DNA of 64,000 nucleotides from Eledone cirrhosa (Eukaryota): NCBI GenBank assembly GCA_964016885.1, contig OZ024748.1, positions 30,504,001 to 30,568,000 of the forward strand, read 5' to 3'. Shown piece by piece: positions 52,685 to 64,000 of this stretch (position 1 is its first letter; each line of letters starts with the position of its first letter). The notes under the pieces were generated by a model. It saw only the letters and a program-made list of their open reading frames with translations, ran no database searches and was not told where the DNA came from. The position numbers and the translations under genes were made by a program.

Positions 52685-53899
52685 GTGAGTCTTTTAAACT
52701 TTTACATTTTTTTTTACTGGTCATGTTGGAGCATTGTCTTGAAGGATATGGTTGATTGATCAACTCCGGTACTTATTCAATCTCCTTCACAACAAGCAAC
52801 ATGTCGTTCTCTCTCTTACTATGCTATCACCCCCCCCCCCCCCCCCCGCCTCCTCACCACACTCACACTCTCTCTTCTCTCACCCTCTTGGTCATCATTC
52901 TCTTTTGTTGACATTCTTGGTCTCACCTGCCTTGAAATAACAGTGATAAAATGAATGAAAAAGAACTGCTAGTGTTGCAGCAAACAAGACAACTTCTCTA
53001 GTGTTAATATGACCATAGAATGCACCCAGTACACTCTGTAAAATGGGTGGCAAACAAACAGAGACAACTTAAAGTAGAGATGACCCTTTAGTCTTTTCAA
53101 GAATGTGACAACCTCTATAGTGCTGGTGCCACAATAAAACACACCAAATGCATTCTGTTAAGTGGGTTGCATTTGGGGAGGGGACAGCCAGTCATAGAAA
53201 GTATCCCAAAAAGGAAATGTACAAACAAGACAAAGTCATTCAACCTATTTAGAAGCCCATAACTCCAAATAAGAATTCATTTTAAATGTGTCAACCCATC
53301 CAACCCATGCCAGCAAGGAAAGTGAATGTAAAATGATAATGATGATGATACATCCATGTGCACTCACACATTTCATTTTTCAATGATGAATAATTAAACA
53401 TTTCTTTTTAAAATTAATATCTCAATAAAATTATTCCACTGCACATGAAATGTTACTTTACTCCTTTTTTAAAAAATATTTTAAGTGAAGAGAATTGAGA
53501 AGAGACAAATAAAGAGGAAGATAATAAAACAACAACAAACAATGAGCATTTTAAAGACTATCTTGGTGAAACAAGGATTAGCCTTGCAGACCCCTTGACA
53601 AGCTTCTTTATTTTCCCCTATTGGGTATATATGCCCCCCTCCATTTCCTCACCAATCACATTGGCTTTCCTCTCCTCCGCCATCATCTTCAGCTACATTT
53701 TTTTTAGTCTCTTCTTCCTTGTTATTTTTTCAACTGAGATATTTAGGAAAGTGTCCTTGGTGGTGGCAGATATTGAAATGAGGATAACCTTCAATCGGAG
53801 AAATACATCGTCTCCAGACTCTGATCCTTGAATAAATGACTATATGTCAGACTGCCACAGTGTAGTCCTGAACAAGACAGATATTCAGTACATCTGGAT

Positions 53900-56800
53900 G
53901 CCTGTATCTCTACATCTGGAGTACTGTGACTGTACATCCGGAATACTGTAACTGAACATCACAACTAGTATTTCAACCAACTACCTACACACTGCTTTAG
54001 GTCTGCTCTATCAAGATTGACATGTTTTGCACAATACCATCACCATTGTTAAGGCTGGTGAAACGTGGAAGAGAGATACCAGCTGGTCTGAGTGTGCTCT
54101 ATCCACAATAACTGGCAATGAAAAAACTGCTACAACTCTGGGAAACTAAACCAGAACAACCTGCCACCCTCTACGCACCATCATAAACTGCAAGCAGGGT
54201 ACAAATTGTTGTCCTTAAATGCTCGCAGTTTATGCAACAACATACATCTGTTTGACTCCTATGTCAGAAGCATCGACCCTGACTTCATCACAGTCACAGA
54301 AACATGGGCACATTCCTTACTCTGTGATGGGGTTTTCAGCATTACTGGGTACAACCTTTTCCGCAAGGACCGCATTAATCGCCGTGGTGGTGGTGTGATG
54401 GTCTACGTTCATTCAAACTTTTCGGTAATTCTTTGCGTTGATTTGAACGAATCACAGGAAGAAGTTTTTTCTGTGATATACGTATGACCATGTCAACACT
54501 TCTGCTTGGTGTTGTTTATCGCCCCCCAAACTACCATCAGGACACACAGCTTTGCGATATCCTCAGAGTTGCTGCCAAGAAAACAGCCACTTATGTGTTT
54601 ATTGCAGGTGACTTCAATCATCCTGAGATCAATTGGGAAACCTTTCGTTGGCCACAAGGTGCAAACGATTTCCTTGAACTAGTGCTGGACTCAAACTGGT
54701 CACAAGTAGTCACCTCTCCAACAAGTGGTGACAACACTTTGGACCTGATCTTCACCACTACTCCTGAAGTGGTTATCAGTTGTACTACTGAGGAACCTCT
54801 AGGCGACTCTGATCATGCTATGATCATTGCCAATCTGGCACTTGCGGGCAGCAACAAAAACCAGAGCCATCTTCAATCTGCTTGCTTTGATTGGAAGAGA
54901 GCAGATTGGAACTTGTACTGCACTGAGCTACAGCGCCCAAACTGGCATGAGATGTATAACTCTGGAGATGTGAACACTATACTCCAGAGCATCCTGGACT
55001 CAATATGGATAGCGTGTGCAGCATCCGTGCCACGTAAGCAGAAAAAAAAACACCCAAAAAGTGCAATTTGGGAAACTTCAGCGGTCCGACTTGCCAGGAA
55101 AGAACGTCGGAACGCTGAACGGGAATATAAACTGCATAAATCAGATGCCAACAGAAAAAAGCAGAGACCTCACTCTCCAGTTGGTCCTCTTCGCAATCCC
55201 CACACAAGCCAGATCACTGACGATCCCAAAGAATGCGCAGAACTCATTGCTGAGTGCTATGCAAGTATTTTTACTGTTGAAAACCAGAATGTACCATCTC
55301 CACCATCTCTAACATCAAATTCCATAACAACTATGGAATTTACACCTGCAATGTTGCGACGTCACCTTAAGAATAAGCGCAACTATGCCTCCCCTGGTCT
55401 TGATGGTGTTACATACCTGCTTCTCAAACGTGGCGGGTATTTCCTTTTGCGCCAGCTTTCTTTCTTCTTTCAATACTGTCTCAACAATGGTGCTACTCCG
55501 GACCAGTGGAAAACTGCCAGTGTCATTCCCCTGTTCAAAAAGGGGAACCGCATGTCACCTGTCAACTATCGTCCAGTCAGTCTTACTAGCTGTATGGCCA
55601 AACTGATGGAATCCTGTGTCAGAGAAACACTTTGGAACTTCTGGAGCTCTCACAGCCTCATCCGGCCCTCACAGTTTGGATTTATCCCTAACTCCAGCTG
55701 CTGTGATCAGCTTATCGAGTTCCTTGAAGACATCACCCGGATCACTGACAGCGGCTCATGGGTGGATGTTGTTTACCTTGACTTTGCTAAGGCTTTTAAT
55801 TCTGTGCCACACAAAAGACTTATGGCAAAACTCTCTGCAATGGGTGTGAGGGATGATCTTTTCGACTGCTTGAAATCCTTCATTCTCAGCCGAAAAGAAG
55901 TAGTCACGGTTCTAGGACAGCATTCTTCACCATATGAGATGTCATCTGGTGTACCACAGGGATCTGTTCTTGGTCCCCTTTTGTTTGTGGCATATATTAA
56001 TGACATAGATGCCAACTTACAGAATGCCACGGTACTGAAATATGCAGATGACATCAAGCTGTACCTTGAAATCAAAAGGACTGATCCTGAAATCTACAAC
56101 TCTTTCCTACAATCAGACCTGGACACAATGCAGCAATGGATCACAGACTGGCAACTGAAGCTGGCTGTGGACAAGTGTACCACCATGCATTTTGGGAGGA
56201 AAAATCCAGCGTCCACATACTCCCTCCACAACACTGATATCAAGAAGTCCTCTTGTGAACGTGACCTGGGCATTTCTGTCAGCAGCGATTTGCGTTGGCC
56301 AAAGCATGTCTCTAAGATTGTCAAGAAGGCCGAGGGTGTCTTGGCATCACTCAGCAAGACCTTTGTTAGCCGCCGCTCTCCAGCCATCTATTTAAAACTG
56401 TATACAGCTATGGTACGACCACACTTGGAATTCGCATCATCAGTCTGGAACCCCTATCTTGCTCAGAACATTGACCTCCTGGAAACTGTTCAGAGACGTG
56501 CAACCAAGCGCATACCCTCCATCAGACACCGACCATACTCTGAACGCCTTGCTTCCCTGGGCATGGATTCATTGAAGCTCCGACGTCTGGCAATAGACTT
56601 GGTAAATACCCACAAAGTTATTAACCATCTCGCCAATTGCAACCCTGAACACCTTTTTGATCTCCATGTGTCTAACACACGTGGACATGCCTACAAAATC
56701 AGAAAACAGCACAGCTCCCATGACTTTCGGAAACATTTTTTCACGCTCAGAGTTGCTGAAGCATGGAACAAACTGCCTGCATCAGTTGTTAGCTGCCGAG

Positions 56801-57014
56801 ACACTGCATCCTTTAAGACACTCATGCTTCCCGAAATACGCCAAAACTACACCTGATGTACCCCTTCCATACACATGCACACGTGTGTATCATGACTCAT
56901 GCACTGTTCATTTTCCTGATGTTTGTACATTACCCTATGTACTATACATACACTTTTTGATGGGTTGTAGTGCACCTGAGCACTGTACACAATATTTTAT
57001 TATTATTATTATTT
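53900..57014 (+). mobile_element. CR1-group LINE, nearly intact ORF2 (APE endonuclease + RT), in intron 2 of the IGFBP/Tg gene
   Basis: SLNARSL..TETW..GGGV, VYRPP, GDFN, SDH, NYRPVSLTS, YLDFAKAF, SGVPQGSVLGP, YADD and TRGH..K. One frameshift near 54480; (ATT)n tail. The 5' boundary is approximate. Confidence 0.9.
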
Positions 57015-57116
57015 ATCATAATCACCACCGCCATAACACTATACAATTTTATCCATTTATGATTATTTTCCTGAAATAAATAAATAAAGTTAATTTTATT
57101 GTTTATTTATTTTCAG

Positions 57117-57207
57117 ATCACACTTTCATCAATGAGGTGAAAGTGAAGAATAGATTTCCATCTATAAGACCCAGTGTCCCTGATGCTGTCATGTGCCAAA
57201 GTGATTC
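57117..57207 (+). CDS. same gene, coding exon 3
   Basis: tttattttcAG, 91 nt (phase 1 to 2), TC|GTATGT; encodes DHTFINEVKVKNRFPSIRPSVPDAVMCQSDS. Confidence 0.75.
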
Positions 57208-57814
57208 GTATGTTATGTTTAATCTCTTTAATATTGTTTATATATTTTCAGATGACAGCTACTTAACTCTTAACATCTTGTGACGTTTTAGCACAAAATA
57301 TCACCAAACAGATTTGTTAATTCAAATGTTTATAGTACCTTTACTAATCGACAAATAGTTGTGAAAATTTGTATGTGGCATTAGAGTAACATCAATTTGT
57401 TTTAATGTGAGACAGTCATAGAACTGTTTTGTATTTTTCAAGAATGTCTTGCTAATGTGGTTTCATGTGGTACAGGATGTTAAGAGTTAAACAAGTATTG
57501 ATTATTGATCTGGTAGCTATCACATTCTCAGTATAATTGAAATGTTTTATAACTCCGATTAATTCTGGGTGCCATTTTCTCTTCTGGTGAATGTTAAACC
57601 CAATATTTCTTGTGATTATTTCATGGAATGGAAGAACTTTCATATTAAACATTGCTTCACCTCTCATTCTCTCTTCTTTCCTTCCTCCCCTCTCTCCCTC
57701 TCGTCCTTCCTTCCTTCATCCCCCTCCCCCTTCTTCCTTCCCTCCTTTCTTCATTACTTCCACTCCCTCCCTTTGTTTGTTTGTTTCTTTCTTTCTTTCG
57801 TTCTTTCTTTCTAG

Positions 57815-57894
57815 TTGTCAATGCTACTATGATGGTATAATACTGAAAGAATACCAGCCCCTAAAATTTTCTGAAATCACTCCCAGATCCTGTA
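57815..57894 (+). CDS. same gene, coding exon 4 (C-terminal half of a degenerate thyroglobulin type-1 repeat)
   Basis: Long pyrimidine tract then ctAG, 80 nt (phase 2 to 1), A|GTAAGT; encodes CQCYYDGIILKEYQPLKFSEITPRSC. Confidence 0.82.
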
Positions 57895-58516
57895 GTAAGT
57901 TGTTTTGCTCACAAAAAAAAACAAAAAAAAAAAAACATTTATTACCCCCCCCCCCTACCATATACCTTATTATTTGACTATTTTCTTTAGTCAAAAGTAC
58001 TGCAAAATCTAATTCTAATTACACACACACACACACATATATGGGCTCCACAGGTTTAAAACTCTGAAGACACACCATGTGTCAGGACAGAACCCTTATG
58101 ATTCCATTAGGGGTTTCAAGAATCTTCCACCCTCCTTAAAATAAGTGGTTTTGTTTTATAGACCAAGAGCTGGTTTTGACCAGGTTGGTATCAAAAGAGA
58201 TCAAATTTTTGCTGCTGCTACTGCAACACTCTAACCACTGAGCCGTGTGCTATTATGATTTTACACTGTAATATCAGGTAATTCTTGAGCACTACTGGTA
58301 AAATGTAAACCAGTACAACCTATTATGTGGTTGGTTCATCGGTGACTAAACTGGCAGCTCCACCAAGCTTGCTTGGTGAGGTGGGTGATCTTTTGACAGC
58401 CTGAAAAACAAATTTCATCAAAATGTGGAGGAGGTGAGTCAATGGCCATATAATAGTGTGTAAAAAAAATAAAATAAAAGGTAAACAGAGCTTGTCAGCC
58501 TTTGTTATTAGTCTGT

Positions 58517-58712
58517 CAAGGGCGGTGAATTGGCAGTATCAGTAGAGAGTCAGATGCCATGCTTTGCTGCATAGAGTTACGTCCCTTTATGGTCTGAGTT
58601 CAAATACTGCCAAGGTTAACTTTGCCTCTCATCCTTATGGGGTCGATAAAATAAAGTACCAGTAATGTACTGGGATAATTGCTGGCCTTGTGCCAAAAAT
58701 AGAAACAGTTAT
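58517..58712 (+). mobile_element. full-length tRNA-SINE with probable TSD (GTTATTAGTCTGTCAAGG)
   Basis: A-box/B-box-like 5' end plus core. GTTATTAGTCTGTCAAGG occurs at ~58504 and ~58708. Confidence 0.8.
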
Positions 58713-58997
58713 TAGTCTGTCAAGGAGAAGGATCACTGATATCAAAACTGGGGTAGATGGAACTCCTTCATCACCTTGGTGATTATCTTTCAAGTGGCCA
58801 ATAGCTTTATCCTTGTGATGAAGGCATATGAGGAATCAAGATCCACCAACATCACGTTTTTACCCCAATGAAAATCATGCAGCATCATATACATGAGCAT
58901 TGGTGCAATTGTCCATGTCCTTGACCCTCAGCAATGAGAAGGAGAAGAGACCATAATGGTCAGCCGCTGTATTGATAGTGTGCGTTCCACTTTACAG

Positions 58998-59182
58998 ACT
59001 GTGCTGTCAAGAAGGCTAAGTATACCAGGGTACTATTAAGTGGAATAATGTGCACAAGAAAAGGAAGTTTCCAGACTCTGCAGTGTTCAGGTTCTATTTG
59101 TTACTGTGTCGACGAGGACGGCAAACAACGAGATGACCAAGAAAGATTTGAATCAGGAAGATTTGAGTATAACCCCTGTTAG
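58998..59182 (+). CDS. same gene, last coding exon (canonical thyroglobulin type-1 repeat)
   Basis: tttacAG; encodes NCAVKKAKYTRVLLSGIMCTRKGSFQTLQCSGSICYCVDEDGKQRDDQERFESGRFEYNPC*, with the QC..CYCVD..G signature. The five exons sum to 627 nt in frame. Confidence 0.9.
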
Positions 59183-59384
59183 GTTTGTATTTTCAACTAC
59201 CTTGTATACATTTCACTTGCTTCTTAAATGTGTCATCATCATTAACATTTTTCTTGTGATTATCATCTTCATCATCATCGTCCTAACCACCACCACTACC
59301 ATCATCACCTCCTCAGTCGCTGTCATTCTCATTATCATCATCATAATCATCACCTGTGGTCGTTTGCTGCTTACTGTCCCAGTG

Positions 59385-61700
59385 TAACTGCTACATGTAA
59401 AGCCTACATTCTTAACTAAACTTCCTGAGATCCCACTACATCTCTTGCATACCCATAGTTTGCATTTGGGACAGAGATGAAATTTCTACCTACACCTTTC
59501 CTACGTATTGAGCCAGGCCATTCTGCTGGGTTCTGCTTTCTCTTCTACTAGCTAGGACCTTAGTCTTTGTCAGGTTGACTTTAAGACCCCTTCTTTCTAG
59601 GCCCTGCTTCCATGTTTGGAATTTGTTCTCTGGTTCCATCATGGATTCAGCTATGAGTGTAAGATCATCTGCGTACAGGAGTTCCCACTGGCAGCTGGTC
59701 TTAAACTCCTCTGTTATAGACTGCAGTATGATAATAAACAGGAGTGGGCTAAGGCCAGAGCTCTGGTGGACGCCTACCTGTATGCTAAATTCCTCGCCAG
59801 AGTCATTGTTAATCCTAACTTTGCTGACTATACATGGCTTGTACAACCTATTTATCTACTCCTCGTTTTCTAAGAATCCACCAGATTATGGCACAGGGTA
59901 CTGTCAAAAGCTTTCTCCAGATCAACAAATGCCAGGCAAAATGGCTTACTTTTAGCTAGGTACTTTTCCTGTAACTGCCTCACCAGGAAAAGAACATCAG
60001 TGGTGCTTTTTCCTGGTACAAATCCAAACTGCATCTCATCTAGATATATCCTGTCTCTAATCAGCTGTGCTATAACTCTTTCAGTTACTTTCATGACTTG
60101 GTCCATCAGTTTCATACCTCTATAGTTTCCTGTATCTAGTGCATCTCCTTTAGCCTTGTAGCAATTGACAATGATGCTGCTGCACCAATCATTTGGTATG
60201 ATGCCATCTAGTATTACTTGGTTTACCTACGTGTGACCAACTATTCCTGATGGACCGGTTGCTTTCCCAGCCTTCATATCCTTAATTGCCCTACTTACTA
60301 CACTGTTTCTGACTTGTACTGCTGGGCCCTCTATGGGGTCCATTTGGGGTAGGGTCTCTTTCTCCCATGCATTCTCTTCATTCAGTAATCTTTCATAATG
60401 GCTCTTCCACACATCTTTCTTTTCAGCACCTGTAAGGGCAAATGCACCTTTATCATTCCAGACACACTTCTCACCAATGACATCACAATTTTCTCTAATG
60501 CACTGCCTCGCAATCCTGAACACCTGTTTCTGGTCCTCATGCAGCAAAACATGCTTGAATTTTCTATCCTCTACTTCCCTTCTTGCTAAGTATACTTGTC
60601 GCTTAGCTTCCCTCCTGGTCTCTATGTAGTGTACCCTGCTTCCCCCATTCTTCCATGGTTTCCATTCCTATCTCTTCGCCTTAATTACTTCATCTACCTT
60701 ATTGTTCCACCACCAAGTCACTCCCCTTCTTCCTGTAGTCTTGCTCTACCTACAGATCTTGTCTGTTGCACTTAGTAGGTTATTGTTTAGGAACTCCCAG
60801 TGTTCTTCTATTTTGAATGTCTCTATCTGTTCTTCTTTGCTGTCATAGGCGTCAAGTAAAATGTCTCTAAATCTGTTACTGGCTGAGGGATTTTCAGCTT
60901 CCAGATCTTTCTTCTCCAGGTTGTTTCAAAGTTCGTCTAGTTCTGACATTGAGGTCGCTGGCTATTAGGTTATGTTGGGAGGTACATTCTTAACCAGAGA
61001 AATCTTTCGTGTTTACAACCATCCATCTTTCTTGACCTCTGATAATTATAAAATCTATCTGACTAGAATGATCCATGAACCGATAGGTGATCAGGTGATT
61101 GTCGGGTTTTTTGAAGTTTGTGTTACATATCGACAGGTGATTGGTGTCGCAGAATTCTAGAAGCTTGTAACCTTCTTCATTTCTTACGCCAACCCTGTAG
61201 CCGCCATGGACTCCATAGAAACCGTCACTGTGTTTATTCTTAAGTTCATCTGACAACCCAGATTGGGGTGCGTAGGCGGATATAATTGTAGCTATTGTTT
61301 TATTTAGGACTAGTTGATTCTCACGTTCACACTGTTCATGGAGATTACCTTATCTACCCATTTGTCAGCTAATAAGATACATACTCCCTCCCGTCTGTTG
61401 TCATTTCCCACCCAGAAAAATTTGTAGCAGTTTTTTGCCTGTCAGGAGTCTAGCTGATTCTCCTCTCCATCTAGTCTGTTGCACACAACATACATCAATT
61501 TTTCACCACTCTAGCATCTCTACAATTTCTCCTGTTTTTCATTTCATTGTGCTCACGTTGATGGTGCCAATTCTGAATTTTGGGTATATGCTGTAAATGG
61601 TGGGGGAGAGTAGACTTTTACAGGGTTGAGGGTTGGTGTAAGCTTTCTGCATCTGAGTTAAGGATTTGTACAGTTGCCTGAGAACATGCGGGTTCATGTT
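59385..61700 (-). mobile_element. degenerate RTE LINE (APE endonuclease through RT)
   Basis: RIGTINVSTMK, YAPQ, QIDFII, NYRGMKL, QFGFVPGKSTTD, GVHQ and YADD on the minus strand, with many stops. Confidence 0.85.
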
Positions 61701-62143
61701 ATATTCAGAGTTATTCCATCATTTCAGCTCATCCATAGGTAACGACAGACAAAACTTCTCCAGGAAGGATAGGGAAGTAGTAGTAGTAGCAGCGATTATT
61801 CGTGGGTGATAGGTGGAGATATATGTTGCTGTAGTTTGATTGGTCAATGAGTCTGTGGGGGATGGGGGAGGGAAATGGTGTGATGAAGAGACAGCAATAG
61901 ATAAATAGATAGCAGACACATCGTGAAGGAGAGAAATAAATGAAGTAACGAAAGTGTATGAGAACCTGAGAGAAAGTTTGAAAGCTTGGTAACCTTGAAT
62001 GTTGTTGAATGAATTAAGCATCCATGATCTTCTGCTGTCAAGTGATGAATAAAGTTAAATCGAACCTAGCCTAGGGTGAGGGAGAGAGAGACGGAGAAAT
62101 CATGGTGACTATCTTAGAGGGGCAGCATAGTGATGAGAAGATA

Positions 62144-62249
62144 TACAGGGTGGCCCATAAATCACTAGATCAACCCTTTTTAATTGAAAAAATTAATTGT
62201 AAAAAAGTCATATTTTAAAATGGTCTGGCAACTTTTGGTCCACTCTGTA
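62144..62249. mobile_element. Tc1/mariner-type MITE remnant
   Basis: TA-CAGGGTGGCCCATAAA ... TTTTGGTCCACTCTG-TA termini. Confidence 0.55.
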
Positions 62250-62939
62250 TAATCTGTGGTGATTTTCACTATTTATTTATATAATAATTTTCTGTTTATT
62301 CCAGTTGTTATTTTCCAACACATCACCACACACTGTACAATGATTTTCTAATCATTACACCACTGATAACACATGATGGTGGAATGTTATTGTTAATATA
62401 GCAGGACTAACAAAACCAATTTTATCAACAACACCATAGTTGGAAGATAATGTATCAAAAATATTTTTCATTAATATAGGCTGTTACTCATTTAAATCAT
62501 TATTTTCATCTTTTAATAAAACATTAACAAATTTTACTTTGGAATAAATTATTTCAAAACATGGTAGGGAGCAATCTTTTCTCCCAAATCTTATTTCAAC
62601 ATTATCATTCTTTCAGGTAGTATTTATTGTAAAAATATCTTTCAGTTTATCTAGGTATTTTTGATAGCCCTTCCCCAATTCCTAACAAAGTTAAACAGCT
62701 GTGGCCAATATGTATATTTCTATAAACACATCCTTACTTTATTAAAAGTATTCAACTTCAAAGCTGATTATCTGTTCACCTCACTCAATGGACATTTGTC
62801 CAGAGCATCAGTAATTCAAATTTATATATATATGTATATATACAGAGAGAGAAGGAACCATATACTGTATGTTCTCATAAGAGAATCACAAGTATCATAC
62901 ATAATTGATATGTTATGATACCTTACATTAGTATATATA

Positions 62940-63265
62940 TATAGGAGAGAAGCTAGGCGACAAGTATACTTTGCAAAAAGGGAAGCAGAGGATAGAAAGT
63001 TTAAGCATATTCTACAACGTGAGGTGTTCAGGACTGCAAGATAATGTGTCAAGGAAAATTGTGATATTGTTAGGGAGAAGTGTGTCCATAATGATGATGG
63101 TATACTTGCCCTCACTGATACTGATAAGAAGCTAGCTTGGAAGTGTCACTACGAGAGACTACTAAATGAGGAGAATGAATGGGATAAAGATAGTCTGCCC
63201 CAAATTGACCAACAGAGGGACCTGCTGTGCAAGTTAATGGTAGTATAGTAAGTAAGGCAATCACT
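62940..63265 (+). mobile_element. RTE LINE internal fragment
   Basis: Homologous to the reverse complement of ~60290-60620 (GEKCV, WK.HYERLLNEENEWDK). Confidence 0.7.
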
Positions 63266-63542
63266 GACCACTCCCAGAGAAAAGCAAAAAGAATGAAAAA
63301 ACAAGAGAACTTAAGAATTTTTTTTTTACTTAAACTGTCTGCCCATATATGGATTATATCCGTTGAGGAGTTCAGCTAGATTCCCGCCGCTTGAATACTG
63401 GCGCTTTAGTTCGGATCTAGCTGTCGAAACTTCCGGAGCTCAGCCGTCAGGGGTCCTGAAACTTTTCATATTACCCACTCTACTACCCCAAATATCGAGT
63501 TCTCTGGTGGGTTATGGTCTAGCTGATTTTTACCACACCCTA

Positions 63543-63607
<65 letters not shown>

Positions 63608-63632
63608 TGTAATAAACAACATAAGATAATTA

Positions 63633-63692
63633 ATTCATTTACCAGTGGTTTCTTGAAGGCAGATATTTATGTCTTCTGTCGTCAGAATGAAT
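63633..63692 (-). ncRNA. type I hammerhead ribozyme (family L) within a fold-back element (~63604-63840)
   Basis: attcatt CTGACGA cagaagac...gccttcaa GAAAC cactg GTA aatgaat; 7-bp stem I. The inverted copy has the core deleted between TCTG repeats. Confidence 0.65.
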
Positions 63693-64000
63693 AACATGGA
63701 ATGTTTATTAGCTGGTTTTTACCACACCCTATCTGATATACATATAGATAATTATTTAATAAACATTCCATGTTATTCATTCTGCCTTCAAGAAACCACT
63801 GGTAAATGAATTAATTATCTTATGTTGTTATTACATAACTAAAAAGCTCTGTAGCCTACATAGAACACTCTCTTCTCCTGCACTCTCTTCCGACAGAAAC
63901 ACTTTATATATATATATATATATCAATATTTTTAAAAAATTGAAACTATATTTATAAAACCATATTTATTCTATTATATATTTCAAGGGTACCAAAACTT

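Noticed and set aside
57252-57275. Alternative acceptor giving an immediate stop after exon 3
   Set aside because: It would need a 44-nt intron, and the downstream exon at 57815 restores the expected Cys pattern.

Overview
This is AT-rich, microsatellite-laden animal genomic DNA. The SINE/LINE complement suggests an octopus or other cephalopod (inference). Two spliced host genes point away from each other: (i) coding exons 1-2 of a mARC/MOSC-family molybdoenzyme on the minus strand (5279-5008, 2134-1955; the gene continues off the left edge), and (ii) a complete five-exon, 208-aa secreted protein on the plus strand (48788-59182) with a signal peptide, an IGFBP-N-like Cys-rich domain, a degenerate thyroglobulin type-1 repeat and a canonical one. 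The ORF track does not show either gene intact. The ~43 kb between them is a retroelement nest: a Gypsy pol with LTRs, RTE, L1/Tx1, CRE-like and CR1 LINEs, tRNA-SINEs, and above all Penelope-like elements (Naiad type, YRDD RT + GIY-YIG). One Naiad is full length with 293-bp pseudo-LTRs and only two homopolymer frameshifts. Another forms an 8.8-kb palindromic insertion. The most striking signal is about 22 type I hammerhead ribozyme motifs from about 12 apparently unrelated sequence families, read by eye. Many sit in non-coding 1.3-2-mer tandem units or fold-back elements inserted in (TA)n tracts, suggesting a diverse retrozyme-like non-autonomous system that may ride on Penelope RT. All folds were assessed by hand and are not computationally verified.
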